Shown one piece after another: positions 22,243 through 33,600 of a DNA stretch of 64,000 bases. Made by a program: the position numbers and the translations under genes. The stretch's first letter is position 1. Each line of letters begins with the position of its first letter. Source of the stretch: an uncultured delta proteobacterium (lineage in GTDB: Bacteria; Desulfobacterota; BSN033; UBA1163); assembly GCA_963708295.1 (NCBI GenBank), contig CAVPSJ010000004.1:736001-800000 (forward strand). Reading direction: 5' to 3'. The notes below the pieces were generated by a model. It saw only the letters and a program-made list of their open reading frames with translations. It was not told the DNA's origin and ran no database searches.

Positions 22243-23268
22243 ATGAAGCTCGAGAGGTTTGAGGGTTGTTGGACGGCAATGGTGACCCCTTTTGACCGAA
22301 AAGGGGAGGTTGATTTTGAGGGGCTCGAAAAGAACGTCCTGTTCCAGAGAGAAAATGGGGCAAATCTTGTTCCCACTGGAACGACGGGCGAGTCTCCTAC
22401 GTTGGACTGGAGAGAGCACGATCGGGTCATTACGAAGACGGTTAAGTTATCAAAAGATAAAGCCTTTGTTATCGCGGGCACAGGTTCAAATTCAACCCGC
22501 GAGGCAATGAGGGGATCGAAACACGCCGTTGAAGTGGGTGCCCAGGGATTACTTCTGGTAGACTGTTATTATAACGGACCCTCCTCTCTGGAGATGAGGA
22601 CCCAGTATTATGAAGTGATTACAAAGGCATTCCGGAAGTCATTCGTTGTGCCTTACGTCATCCCCGCAAGAACAGGGACGAAATTGGAGGTAGAGGACCT
22701 GGCCATTCTTCATCGTAAGTTCAAGAATATGCGATCGGTGAAAGAGGCCACGGGGGATCTGGGGCGGATGGCCAAAACAAGGACACTGTGCGGGGAGGAC
22801 TTCGATATTCTCTCAGGAGATGACGATAAGACCTTTGAAATGATGACACGGGATGACATTCGGGCTTCTGGTGTGATCTCCGTCATGTCGAATATTGTTC
22901 CCGGGCCGGTGGGTGAAATGGTCAAGGCTATACAGACTGGCAATATGGAGAGGGCGAATCGGTTAAGAGATGTTCTCGATCCCCTTTTTAAAGTCGTGAC
23001 AGTCAACACCATCGAATCTTACGAAGGATTTGAGGTTCCGGCCAAGTTTAGAAATCCTCTGGGCATCAAGACCATGATGAAAGGTCTTGGATTACCGTCC
23101 GGGCCGACCCGTCCGCCTCTTGGAAAGATGACCCCTAAAGGGGTGGAAACTGTGAGAAATGCTCTCAAAGAAGTTTATGAAAAGGACAGGGAAGTGTTCA
23201 GGCCACTTCAGGAGTTTTACGGGATCAATATCGAGGACCGGCTCTCAAACGATCGTTATTGGAAGTAA
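22243..23268 (+). CDS. dapA: 4-hydroxy-tetrahydrodipicolinate synthase
   Basis: TAMVTPF, GTTGES, AGTGSNST, YYN, YVIPARTG, Schiff-base VKEA, LSGDD. Confidence 0.88.
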   Translation: MKLERFEGCWTAMVTPFDRKGEVDFEGLEKNVLFQRENGANLVPTGTTGESPTLDWREHDRVITKTVKLSKDKAFVIAGTGSNSTREAMRGSKHAVEVGAQGLLLVDCYYNGPSSLEMRTQYYEVITKAFRKSFVVPYVIPARTGTKLEVEDLAILHRKFKNMRSVKEATGDLGRMAKTRTLCGEDFDILSGDDDKTFEMMTRDDIRASGVISVMSNIVPGPVGEMVKAIQTGNMERANRLRDVLDPLFKVVTVNTIESYEGFEVPAKFRNPLGIKTMMKGLGLPSGPTRPPLGKMTPKGVETVRNALKEVYEKDREVFRPLQEFYGINIEDRLSNDRYWK

Positions 23269-23296
23269 CCGGTCGGTAGATCGTATGAATGGCGTG

Positions 23297-23332
23297 AAGG
23301 GCCTGCCCCAGGAAGAAGGGACAGGCCTTTTT
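23297..23332 (+). terminator. Intrinsic terminator after dapA
   Basis: AAGGGCCTG..CAGGCCTTTTT hairpin with U-tract. Confidence 0.65.
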
Positions 23333-23358
23333 ATTAGTACTTACAGGGGCTTTTCTCA

Positions 23359-23386
23359 TTGACTTTTTGAATAGGTATGTTAACAT
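23359..23386 (+). promoter_or_regulatory. Candidate promoter of the thpR-recA operon, with palindrome ATGTTAACAT over the -10
   Basis: TTGACT-N16-TAACAT with extended TG; perfect 10-bp palindrome at 23377-23386. Confidence 0.4.
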
Positions 23387-23482
23387 CAAAACACATAACA
23401 ATTCCCCTTTGCCCCCAATGCTATGCAATTATTCGAAGGGTAGGGCGGGCAAGAAGGCTGGGGAATTGCGAGAGGGTTTTGA

Positions 23483-24073
23483 TTGATTCGATCCTTTCTG
23501 GCCATCGAGCTTCCGGGACCGATTCTCACGAAGATCGGGGAGGTCCAGGGAGGCTTGAGATCAAGTCGTGCAGATGTGCGGTGGACGAATCCTGAAACGA
23601 TCCATCTCACTCTTAAATTCTTTGGAAATATTGAAGAGTCGAGAATTGATCCTATCTTCAAATCGATTGAGGAACCCATTCGGAACACTCCACCCTTTTC
23701 TCTCAAAGTCCAAGGAGTAGGGGCCTTCCCCCATTTGAAAAACCCAAGGGTGATCTGGATAGGATTGGTGGACGAGAGGGAAGCCCTGACCTTGCTTCAG
23801 AAGCAAATAGAAACTTATTTGGAAAAAATTGGATTTCAACCCGAAGATCGTCCCTTCCGTCCTCACCTAACCCTGGGAAGGATGAAATCAAGCCGGGGAA
23901 AAGAGGAGTTGGCGGGGAGGATGGAGAGATACAGAGAAGAGGAATTTGGAGATGTTGAGGTGGAGAGGGTGGTCTTATTCAAGAGTGAATTGAGACCTTC
24001 AGGTCCGATTCATACACCCTTAGGAGATGTGAAATTAGGAGGGAGAAACAACTGTAAGGAGATTGGGAGATAA
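23483..24073 (+). CDS. thpR: RNA 2',3'-cyclic phosphodiesterase (2H family)
   Basis: RSFLAI, HLTLKFFG, PHLTLGR (two HxT motifs). Confidence 0.93.
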   Translation: MIRSFLAIELPGPILTKIGEVQGGLRSSRADVRWTNPETIHLTLKFFGNIEESRIDPIFKSIEEPIRNTPPFSLKVQGVGAFPHLKNPRVIWIGLVDEREALTLLQKQIETYLEKIGFQPEDRPFRPHLTLGRMKSSRGKEELAGRMERYREEEFGDVEVERVVLFKSELRPSGPIHTPLGDVKLGGRNNCKEIGR

Positions 24074-24136
24074 AGATAAGGAGACACGGAGAAAGATTAC
24101 TTCTCCCCATCTCCCTGTCACCCCGTGATCTCCGTT
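24057..24136. repeat. 8-mer periodic hairpin
   Basis: AAGGAGAT TGGGAGAT..AAGGAGAC ACGGAGAA facing TTCTCCCC ATCTCCCT GTCACCCC. Confidence 0.65.
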
Positions 24137-24155
24137 GCCGGAGGAGGGAGATTCC

Positions 24156-25199
24156 ATGGTAAAAAGTGAAACGAAAGCCGAGATGAAGGTAGATCCTAGC
24201 AAAGGTAAGGCAGTGGAATTAGCCGTCACCCAGATCGAAAGGCAATACGGGAAAGGCGCCATTATGAAATTGGGTGCGGATGCAATGCTCGGAGAGATTC
24301 CAATCATCTCCACAGGATCCCTCTCCTTGGACCTTGCCCTGGGAGTTGGAGGATTGCCCAAAGGACGGGTGGTGGAGATTTTCGGCCCCGAGGCTTCAGG
24401 CAAGACGACATTAGCCCTCCATGTCGTTGCGGAAGCACAGAAGAAAGGAGGCGTTGCTGCTTTCATTGATGCAGAACATGCCTTAGATGTTAAATACGCA
24501 AATAAGTTGGGTGTAAAAATCGACGACCTTCTCATCTCCCAACCCGACACGGGGGAACAGGCATTGGAGATTGCGGAGATCCTGGTTCGGAGCGGCGCCG
24601 TAGATGTGATCGTCGTGGACTCCGTAGCTGCTCTGGTTCCCAAAGCGGAGATTGAAGGGGATATGGGCGATGCCCATATGGGGCTTCAGGCCAGGTTGAT
24701 GTCTCAAGCCCTGAGAAAACTGACTGCCACCATCAGCAAGTCGAATACGATCGTGATCTTCGTCAACCAGATTCGGATGAAAATCGGAATCATGTTCGGA
24801 AATCCGGAGACGACCACCGGAGGCAATGCCCTCAAGTTTTACTCTTCCGTTCGGTTGGATATCCGGCGAATCGCCTCGATCAAACAGGGCCAAGACGTCA
24901 TCGGCAGCCGGACAAAAGTTCGTGTGGTGAAGAACAAAGTGGCCCCCCCGTTCAAGGAGGTGGAGTTCGACCTGATTTACGGAGAGGGCATTTCACGAGA
25001 GGGAGATGTCCTCGACCTGGCCGTGGAAAAGAATATCGTCGAGAAGAGCGGGACTTGGTATGCCTACGGTGGCCAACGCATCGGTCAGGGGAGGGAGAAC
25101 GCAAAGCAGTTCGTTAAAGAGAATCCTAAGGTCCTGGAGCAGATGGAGCAGGAAGTCCTTGAGAACTTCCGCATCGCCAAAGCGGGATCGGCAGGATAG
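24156..25199 (+). CDS. recA: Recombinase A
   Basis: [52 protein letters not shown]; GGAGG RBS. Confidence 0.99.
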   Translation: MVKSETKAEMKVDPSKGKAVELAVTQIERQYGKGAIMKLGADAMLGEIPIISTGSLSLDLALGVGGLPKGRVVEIFGPEASGKTTLALHVVAEAQKKGGVAAFIDAEHALDVKYANKLGVKIDDLLISQPDTGEQALEIAEILVRSGAVDVIVVDSVAALVPKAEIEGDMGDAHMGLQARLMSQALRKLTATISKSNTIVIFVNQIRMKIGIMFGNPETTTGGNALKFYSSVRLDIRRIASIKQGQDVIGSRTKVRVVKNKVAPPFKEVEFDLIYGEGISREGDVLDLAVEKNIVEKSGTWYAYGGQRIGQGRENAKQFVKENPKVLEQMEQEVLENFRIAKAGSAG

Positions 25200-25218
25200 A
25201 ACTAGGAAGGAGAAGAAG

Positions 25219-26442
25219 ATGGATTTAAATCAGATCCTTTTGGATGCCCTTTCCCAGGAAGCCTCTGACGTTCACATCAAGGAGGGGGCTCCTCCGATCT
25301 TCAGAGTCAATGGCACCTTGAGACCCTGGAATAAGATCAAACCCTTCGATCATAATGATTTATCCAAGATGGCTTTCGGTTTGATGAACGACTGGCAGAA
25401 AGAGCGGTTTATCAAGAATCGAGAAGTGGATATGGGTTATGAAGTCTACGGCCTGGGACGATTTAGAGTCAATGTCTTCCAGCAGAGAGGAAAGCTCAGG
25501 ATTGCCCTCCGAATTGTGCCGTATCAGATCAAGACGTTGGAGGACCTCCATCTCCCTTCTGTGCTCGCAACCATTTCTTTGGAGCAGAGGGGTCTCATTC
25601 TTGTGACTGGGACGACCGGAAGCGGGAAGTCCACCACCCTGGCCTCGATGATTGATATCATCAACACCGAAAGAAATTGCCACATCATCACCGTTGAGGA
25701 CCCCATCGAATTTGTCCATGAAGACAAGAAAGCGATCATAGACCAAAGGGAGATCGGCTCGGACACAAGCACTTTTTCCAGCGCCTTGCGAGTGGCTCTC
25801 CGGCAGGATCCGGATGTGATCTTAGTCGGTGAGATGAGGGATTTCGAGACGATCGAGACCGCTCTGACCGCTGCCGAGACAGGGCATCTGGTCATGTCCA
25901 CACTTCACACCTTGAATGCCACGGAGACGATCACCCGAATCATCTCGGTCTTTCCCCCCTACCATCAAAAACAAGTTAGGCTTCAGCTCTCGGGTGTCCT
26001 TAAGGGTGTCGTCTCCCAAAGACTGGTGCCGAGGGTAGACGGAATGGGAAGAGTGCCTGCGGTTGAAGTCCTGGTCTCCACGGCAAGAGTGAGGGAGTGC
26101 ATCATCGAAAAGGATAAGACCAATGAGATTAATGACGCGATCGCCCGGGGGCAGACGAGCTACGGGATGCAATCCTTCGATCAGTCCCTGATGTATCTGA
26201 TGAGAGACGGGTTAGTCACTTATGATGAAGCTCTCAAACACTGCACCAATCCGGATGACTTTGCACTGAGGGTGAAGGGAATTCTCGCGGCGAGCGACGC
26301 GGGTTGGGAGGATTTTGAGACGTTAGAGAAAGAGAAGGAGACGGCTAAAGAGAAGGAGAAGGGTGAAGAGAAGAAGTTGAAAGTCGCTAAGCCTTCGGAT
26401 GTCAAAACGGACGGCCGAAGAGGATCAGGTTTGAAGCCATGA
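25219..26442 (+). CDS. PilT/PilU-family type IV pilus ATPase
   Basis: ASDVHI, GRFRVN, GTTGSGKSTT, EDPIEF, LRQDPDVILVGEMRD, ETGH..STLHT; start after AGGAG RBS. Confidence 0.93.
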   Translation: MDLNQILLDALSQEASDVHIKEGAPPIFRVNGTLRPWNKIKPFDHNDLSKMAFGLMNDWQKERFIKNREVDMGYEVYGLGRFRVNVFQQRGKLRIALRIVPYQIKTLEDLHLPSVLATISLEQRGLILVTGTTGSGKSTTLASMIDIINTERNCHIITVEDPIEFVHEDKKAIIDQREIGSDTSTFSSALRVALRQDPDVILVGEMRDFETIETALTAAETGHLVMSTLHTLNATETITRIISVFPPYHQKQVRLQLSGVLKGVVSQRLVPRVDGMGRVPAVEVLVSTARVRECIIEKDKTNEINDAIARGQTSYGMQSFDQSLMYLMRDGLVTYDEALKHCTNPDDFALRVKGILAASDAGWEDFETLEKEKETAKEKEKGEEKKLKVAKPSDVKTDGRRGSGLKP

Positions 26443-29063
26443 CCTCTGACGAGATTCGAAGGGCTTTTCTCAGATTCTTTGAGGAAAGAGGACACCGCGT
26501 CGTTCGAAGCTCCTCATTGGTCCCTCAAAACGACCCCAGCCTGCTTTTTACCAATGCCGGAATGGTCCAATTCAAAAGGGTTTTCTTAGCCGAGGAGACT
26601 CGAGATTACAAAAGGGCCACCACCTCTCAAAAGTGTGTTCGCGCCGGCGGAAAACATAATGATCTGGAGATTGTGGGAAAGACCGCCCGGCACCACACCT
26701 TCTTTGAAATGTTAGGGAACTTCTCCTTCGGGGACTACTTTAAAAAAGAGGCCATTGAGATGGGATGGGACCTCCTCGTCCGCCAATGGGGGTTGCCCGA
26801 GGAGAGGATGTGGGTCACCATCTTCTTGGATGACGATGAGTCCTTTCACCTCTGGAGAAGAATCGGAGTGAGAGGAGAACGGATTGTCCGACTAGGGGAA
26901 AAGGACAACTTCTGGGCCATGGGCGAGACCGGGCCCTGCGGTCCGTGTTCGGAGATCGTGATTGATCAAGGCGAGGGAGTGGGTTGTGGTCGGCCTGACT
27001 GCCGGGTGGGATGTGATTGCGACCGATTCTTAGAACTCTGGAATCTCGTCTTTATGCAATTCAATCGTGATTCAGAGGGTCAACTTCAGCCTCTGGCCAA
27101 ACCCTGTATCGATACCGGGATGGGTCTGGAAAGGATTTCTGCCGTCCTTCAAGGGGTCAAAAGCAACTATGAAACAGACCTCTTCAAACCCCTCTTTAAA
27201 GAGATTGAAGCGTTCAGCCAGATCTCTTATGGACAAGACCCCCGAACCGACATCTCCCTCCGAGTGATCGCCGACCACAGCCGGGCCGCGACATTTCTGA
27301 TCAACGATGGAGTCCTTCCTTCCAACGAAGGCAGGGGATATGTGCTCCGCCGGATCATGAGAAGGGCGATGCGGCACGGGAAGATTCTGGGAATCGGAGG
27401 CCCTTTCCTCTATCGGACTTCTTCGAAAGTCGTGGATCTCATGAAGGAGGCCTATCCTGAGCTGAGGGAGACGGAAGCCTTCGTTTCAAAAGTCATTCAA
27501 AATGAGGAAGGACGTTTCTCTGAGACACTCAATTCGGGGCTGAACATCCTGCGAGAGGAGTTGGAAGGACTTCAGAAGGAAGGCAAGACCGTTCTCTCCG
27601 GAGAAGTGGCCTTCCGCCTTTATGATACTTATGGATTTCCACTTGACCTGACAGTCGAGATCCTTCAAGAGAGAGGGATGAGTTTTGATGAAGAAGGTTT
27701 CAGGGCCCAGATGGAAGAACAGAAGTATAAGAGCAAGCAGGCCTGGCAAGGGATGGGTGAGGGAAAGACGAAGGATGTCTACCGGCGGCTGGCCAACGAA
27801 GGGGTGAAGACGGTCTTCTTGGGATATGAAGAGATTCAAACGGAATCGAAAATTCTGAAGTTGATCAAAGGCGATGAAATCGTTCCTTTTGCGAAGGAAG
27901 GGGACGAAATTGAAGTGGCCGCGGAGAAGACCCCCTTTTATGGGGAAGCGGGAGGTCAGGTCGGGGATCGGGGAGTGATCTTCCATGAGGAATTCTCCTT
28001 GGAAGTGGAGAACACCATCAAACCCGTGGAGGGATTGATCCTTCATCAGGCAAGAGTCAAGAGAGGAGCTGTGAAGGAAGGGATGGAGGCTGTTCTCCAC
28101 GTGGATCCGGGCCGTCGGAAGGCTATTACCTTGAACCATACGGCGACCCATGTCCTTCAGGCGGTATTGAGAGAAGTGTTGGGAGATCATGTCCATCAGG
28201 CGGGATCTCTGGTCGCACCCGATCGGCTGAGATTTGACTTCACTCATTTCGCGGCGATGAACAGGGAAGAACTGGAACGGGTGGAAGCCCTGGTCAATCA
28301 AAAAATTCGAGAGAACCTAAAATTAGAGACGGAAATCATGAACGTAGAGGAAGCTCTCCAGACGGGAGCCATGGCTCTCTTTGGAGAAAAGTACGGGGAG
28401 GAGGTTAGGGTCGTCAAGATCTCGGACTTCAGCATGGAACTATGCGGAGGAACCCACAGCTCGAGGACGGGCGACATTGGCCTTTTTAAGATGGTGAGTG
28501 AGTCGGGCGTCGCGGCAGGGGTGAGAAGGATTGAAGCCCTGACCGGGGATGGGGCCTACCAATTTATTAAAGGAGTAGAGAAAGAACTGTGGGAAATCGC
28601 CTCTTCGGTCAAGTCCGTGCCGGGGGAAGTTTCTTCTAAGATAGAGCGGTTACTCGAGAGGCAGAGAGAGTTGGAAAGAGAGCTCTCGTCCTTTCATGAC
28701 AAGTTATCCTCTCAAGAGCTCGCCAATCTTCTTCCTTTAGTCAGAGAGATAAAAGGCGTAAAAGTCCTTTCGGCGAAGGTGGATGGAAAGGACATCAAGC
28801 GAATGAGAGAATTCGTCGATCAGTTGAAGGGAAAGGTCGGATCGGGTATCATCCTTCTGGGAGGCCACAGCCAGAATAAAGTCTCCCTGCTCTTGGGGGT
28901 GACTTCAGACCTGACCCATCGTTTCAAGGCGAACGATCTGATTAAGAAGATTGCTCTTCATATTGGAGGTACCGGGGGAGGGCGCCCTGATTTTGCGCAG
29001 GCGGGAGGGACGGATCCTGAGAAATTGGATGAGGCACTGAGGACGATTGAGGATCTTATTTGA
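26439..29063 (+). CDS. alaS: Alanine--tRNA ligase
   Basis: LLFTNAGMVQFK, HHTFFEMLGNFSFGDYFK, DTGMGLER, NHTATH, ELCGGTH, GGGRPDFAQAGG. Confidence 0.99.
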   Translation: MTSDEIRRAFLRFFEERGHRVVRSSSLVPQNDPSLLFTNAGMVQFKRVFLAEETRDYKRATTSQKCVRAGGKHNDLEIVGKTARHHTFFEMLGNFSFGDYFKKEAIEMGWDLLVRQWGLPEERMWVTIFLDDDESFHLWRRIGVRGERIVRLGEKDNFWAMGETGPCGPCSEIVIDQGEGVGCGRPDCRVGCDCDRFLELWNLVFMQFNRDSEGQLQPLAKPCIDTGMGLERISAVLQGVKSNYETDLFKPLFKEIEAFSQISYGQDPRTDISLRVIADHSRAATFLINDGVLPSNEGRGYVLRRIMRRAMRHGKILGIGGPFLYRTSSKVVDLMKEAYPELRETEAFVSKVIQNEEGRFSETLNSGLNILREELEGLQKEGKTVLSGEVAFRLYDTYGFPLDLTVEILQERGMSFDEEGFRAQMEEQKYKSKQAWQGMGEGKTKDVYRRLANEGVKTVFLGYEEIQTESKILKLIKGDEIVPFAKEGDEIEVAAEKTPFYGEAGGQVGDRGVIFHEEFSLEVENTIKPVEGLILHQARVKRGAVKEGMEAVLHVDPGRRKAITLNHTATHVLQAVLREVLGDHVHQAGSLVAPDRLRFDFTHFAAMNREELERVEALVNQKIRENLKLETEIMNVEEALQTGAMALFGEKYGEEVRVVKISDFSMELCGGTHSSRTGDIGLFKMVSESGVAAGVRRIEALTGDGAYQFIKGVEKELWEIASSVKSVPGEVSSKIERLLERQRELERELSSFHDKLSSQELANLLPLVREIKGVKVLSAKVDGKDIKRMREFVDQLKGKVGSGIILLGGHSQNKVSLLLGVTSDLTHRFKANDLIKKIALHIGGTGGGRPDFAQAGGTDPEKLDEALRTIEDLI

Positions 29064-29164
29064 GTTATCCACTTTGAAATGGAATCCCCCCACTCCCTTC
29101 ACCTCCAAAACTTCGAACTTTCGAATCCTCGAACCCATTCAACCCGGCACGGCCGAAGGGAACC

Positions 29165-30571
29165 ATGACACAGGTGAGAACACGATTTGCACCCAGCCCA
29201 ACGGGCGATCTCCATATCGGAGGGGCACGGACGGCCTTATTCAGTTGGCTTCTGGCCCGCCATTCCCACGGGGTGTTCGTTCTTCGGATTGAAGACACGG
29301 ATGCGGCTCGATCCACCCAAGAGTCGATCCAAGTGATCTTGGATGCCATGACCTGGCTGGGAATGGATTGGGACGAAGGTCCGTTCTATCAGACTCAACG
29401 AATCTCATTCTATCAGCAGGCTGCAGAAAAACTATTGAAGGAAGGCAAGGCATACCCGTGCTACTGTACACCGGAGGAATTGGAGAAGAAGCGGGACGCT
29501 GCGCTGAAGACGGGCATCAAGCCCAAATACGACCGGACTTGCCTTAACCGAAAATCCTTTCCTCCCGGAAGGACCCCTGCCGTCCGCTTCCTCTCCCCGG
29601 ACACAGGGAAAACGGTCGTGGAAGACCTCATTCAAGGCCGGGTGGAATTTGACAATACCGAATTGGATGACCTCATCATCTTAAGAAGCGACGGGCTCCC
29701 CACCTATAACTTTTCGGTGGTCGTGGACGATGCCACGATGGGAATCACTCATGTCATTCGGGGAAATGATCATCTCAACAATACCCCGCGCCAAATTCAG
29801 ATTTATCAAGCCTTGGGGTACCCCCTTCCCCGATTTGGCCATGTCTCGATGATCTTGGGTTCGGATAAGAAAAAACTTTCTAAAAGACATGGGGCCCAGT
29901 CGGTCATGGAATATCAGAAGCTCGGCTATCTCCCTCAGACGGTCGTCAACTACCTGGTCCGCTTGGGATGGGCCTACGGCGACCAGGAAGAGTTCAGCCG
30001 CGAAGAGCTGATCGAGAAGTTCAGCCTGGAGGCAGTGGGAAGATCAGCCGCGGCGATCAACCCCGGGAAGTTGGATTGGCTCAATGCGCAGTATATCAAG
30101 AAAATAGAATTAGAGGAGCTGGTTCAGAGAGCTCGGCCTTTCATCGAAGCCAAAGGGTATTTGAACGTTAACCCAGATCTTCTGAGAAAAGCCATCCTCT
30201 CCCTCAGGGAACGGGTGAAGACCTTAGCAGAGATGGCAGACGTTTCAGAATTTTACTTTTGTGAAGAGATCACTTATGATGAAAAAGCTGCCGCGACATT
30301 TTTGAATCAACAGACCCTATCCATGCTCAATCAGGCGATCCCTTCTTTCTTGGCTGAATCTGTTTTGGAAAAAGAGAGGGTTCATGGTCTGATTCAACAG
30401 CTGGCTGAAACGCGGGGGGAGCCTTTAGTGAAGATCGCCCAACCCATTCGGGTGGCCCTCACCGGGCGAACCGTTAGCCCTCCGATTGATGAGGTGATGG
30501 AAGTCCTGGGCAAAGAAAAGGTGATCCAACGCCTCCGGAAGGCCATCCAATACGTCGAAGGCAGAAGGTAG
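29165..30571 (+). CDS. gltX: Glutamate--tRNA ligase
   Basis: RFAPSPTG.LHIGG, LRIEDTD, THVIRG.DHL, KLSKR. Confidence 0.98.
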   Translation: MTQVRTRFAPSPTGDLHIGGARTALFSWLLARHSHGVFVLRIEDTDAARSTQESIQVILDAMTWLGMDWDEGPFYQTQRISFYQQAAEKLLKEGKAYPCYCTPEELEKKRDAALKTGIKPKYDRTCLNRKSFPPGRTPAVRFLSPDTGKTVVEDLIQGRVEFDNTELDDLIILRSDGLPTYNFSVVVDDATMGITHVIRGNDHLNNTPRQIQIYQALGYPLPRFGHVSMILGSDKKKLSKRHGAQSVMEYQKLGYLPQTVVNYLVRLGWAYGDQEEFSREELIEKFSLEAVGRSAAAINPGKLDWLNAQYIKKIELEELVQRARPFIEAKGYLNVNPDLLRKAILSLRERVKTLAEMADVSEFYFCEEITYDEKAAATFLNQQTLSMLNQAIPSFLAESVLEKERVHGLIQQLAETRGEPLVKIAQPIRVALTGRTVSPPIDEVMEVLGKEKVIQRLRKAIQYVEGRR

Positions 30572-30615
30572 AGAGCCACAAGAGAGCGAGGACAAGGGAG
30601 CAGTAAGGGAAACCG

Positions 30616-33600
30616 ATGAAACTCAAATCACTTGAAGCGATTGGATTCAAATCTTTTGTAGATCGCCTCCATCTTACCTTTCCGGGCGGGATCACGACGA
30701 TCGTGGGCCCCAATGGATGCGGGAAATCAAATTTTGTGGATGCGGTGCTCTGGGCGATCGGCGAACGGAGCGCTAAACACTTGCGGGGAAAGTTGATGGA
30801 GGACGTCATCTTTAACGGGACGGAGGGCAGGAAACCCTTGGGAATGGCTGAGGTGAATTTAACCTTTTCCAATGAGGACGGGTTGGCCCCGAAAGAATAT
30901 GAACAGTACGGTGAGATTACCGTTACACGAAGACTCTATCGATCCGGAGAAAGTGAATACCTGATTAATAAAACGCCTTGCCGATTGCGAGATATCACCG
31001 ATCTCTTTTTGGATACCGGGATCGGAGCCAACGGTTACTCGATTATCGAACAGGGGCGCGTGGAATATCTTATCAATTCCAACCCGCAGGATCGGCGGCT
31101 TTTGATCGAAGAGGCAGCGGGCATTGCCAAATACAAGGAGAGGAAAAGGCTTGCCCTGATGAAAATGGAGGCGACTCAGCAAAACCTTCTTCGGATTCAG
31201 GATATCATCGCAGAGGTAAAACGACAGATCGTCACCCTGGAACGTCAGGTGAAGCGGGCAGAGGAGTATAAGGTCGTACGGAAGGAAGTGAAGGAGATCG
31301 AAATTCGTTTTGCCCTTCAGGAATACACCGAGCTTTCAGAGAAGGCGGAGGCCGCAAGAGGTTATCTGAAAGCCCTTCGAGATCGGGAAATGGACGTTTC
31401 CAGCAAAACTTCCCAGAAGGACGCTCTCGTGGAGACCAAAAGACTGGAGGCGACAGAAGAAGAGGAAAGACTCCGGAGCCTCCAGGAAGAGCTTTTTGAA
31501 CTGGGCAAGAAGATTCAAAAAGAGGAAAACGAAATTGAATTTTTCAAGAGAGAAGAAGGAAGCCTTCAGAAGCAGGAAAATCAGTATGTGGAAGAGGTCA
31601 GGCAATCCCTTCATACTTGGAGGGGAACTCGAAGAGATCGAAAGAAAGCGGAACAGACCAGGCAGGAATCGGGGGAAGAACGCCGTGAGACCGAAGAGAT
31701 TCTGAGAGAATGGGAAAGCCTTTTCAACGATTTTAGAACAACCCACCACGAACTTGCGGAGGAACTGGAAGCTGAGAAAGCCAGTCTGATCGATACGCTC
31801 ACTCAACTCACCTCTCTCAAGAACCGCCTGGCCCATTTGGAGGAGAGAAAAGGAGATCTTCAGAAGCGGATTCGCACCAACGGCCAGGAGTCCGAAGAAG
31901 CAAGTCTAAAGCTGAAACAATTGGAAGAGGCCCTCTCTGAGAAAATAAAGGAGAAAGAATTCAACCTCTCCCTCCAGTCCATCCAGCATGAAGAGAAGGT
32001 GCGGTGGGCAGAAGAGATCGAAAAATCCAAAGCGACCTGGGGGCAGAAACAGGCAGAGCGGTTAGTCTTAGAAGAGACCTTGAGACAGGACCGCTCTCGT
32101 TACCTTTCTCTCAAAGAACTCCAGGAAAATTTTGAAGGGTTCGAAAAAGGCGTCAAGTCTATACTTCTGAGGAAGAGGGAAGAAGGGGAAAAGTGGGAAC
32201 GGATCTTGGGAGTGGTCGCTGATATTTTCGAACCGGACCCGCAACATGAAATTGCCTTAGAAGCCATTTTAGGACAACGATTGCAGTATCTCATCGTGGA
32301 AGGAGAAAAAGATGGCCTGGAGGCCATGACTTTTCTTAAACGAGAGGCCCTCGGCAGGGGGAGCTTCATACCGAAAGGAGTCCAGGGGATCGAGAAGGGA
32401 GTTCCAGCTTCTCACGAAGAGGGGGCGCCCAATTCCCTGTTACATTTCGTGAAGGTGAAGGAAGGGTTTTCCCACCTGGCGGAGTTCTTGATCGGGGGCG
32501 TCGGTGTCGTCAAGCACCTGGAGGAAGCGCTTCTCTGGATCGGGAAAGAAGAGAGGTTCAAAACCCTGGTCAGCTTAGAAGGGGATATGGTAGAGCGCTC
32601 CGGAGTGATATCCGGCGGCAGCCATGATCAGGGCCTTGGGATTTTAGAGAGAAGGAGGGAGATCAAGGACCTGGAAAAGAAAATTGAAGATAGGGAGGAG
32701 GTCTGCCGAAAGGCCAACGAAGAAGAGGATCTTCTCCGAAAAGAGATTGCTGGAAGGGAAGGCCAGCTTGAAAACAGGAAGAGAGAGATTCAGGAAAAAG
32801 AGATTGAACTCCTCCATCAAGAAAGAGATTTGGAGGGATTGAATAAAGAAATTCTCCAATTCCAGCAGAGGAAGGAAGTCCTTCAATTTGAGCAGAACCA
32901 ACTTGAAGAGGAAAATCAAGACTTAGAGAAAGAAAAGAAGGAAGTCTCTGCTCAAATGGAGACGGGAGAGACCACAAGGAAAGAAAGGGAAGCGCAAGTC
33001 CAATCCTGGAAAAAGAAGGCAGAGGAGATTGGAGAGGGGACAGAAGAACTTGGAGAAAAGATCACCGGGAAGAAGGTTATTTTAGCCTCCCTCGAGGAGA
33101 AACAGAAGGGACTGGAAGGTCAAATTCAGAATCTCTCGGAGAGCCAGAGGATTTTAAAGGAGCAGATCCTTAAGAAGGTGAAGGAGATCAGGGAATGCCG
33201 GGGAGAAGCGACTTCCCTCCGCGAGAAAGTCCAACAATGGGAAAAGGAGTTGGAAGATGGCCTGAAACAACACCGGTCTAAGGAAGAGACGCTCTCTACC
33301 CAGAAAGAGAAGGTGGAAACGCTTCTTAGCGAATGGAAAGAGATGGAAGCTTCGTCTAAATATCTGCGTCGAGAGTTAGAAGAGGTGAGGCAGAAAATCC
33401 ATGAGGAAGAGACGTTGACCTCGGAGGTCCAGCTGAAACTCTCCGTTCTTCAGGAGTCGATGAAAGAGCGGTATGGTGCAACGCTCTCCGCATCGATCGG
33501 GGCCCCTGGAGAGTTTCCAAAGGAAGAGATGTCCAAACGGCTGGCGGAGTTAAAAAATGCCCTGGAAGGGTTTGGAGAAGTCAACCTGATGGCCATCGAG

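Noticed and set aside
22243-23268. DapA is longer than usual (341 aa, with an insertion before NP and a C-terminal extension)
   Set aside because: Catalytic motifs are intact and nothing in the sequence suggests a changed function.
25219-26442. pilT-like gene between recA and alaS as a novelty
   Set aside because: From recollection, recA-pilT-(recX)-alaS is a known deltaproteobacterial arrangement; only recX is missing here.
29065-29073. Isolated DnaA-box-like TTATCCACT after alaS
   Set aside because: A single mismatched 9-mer is expected by chance in 64 kb.
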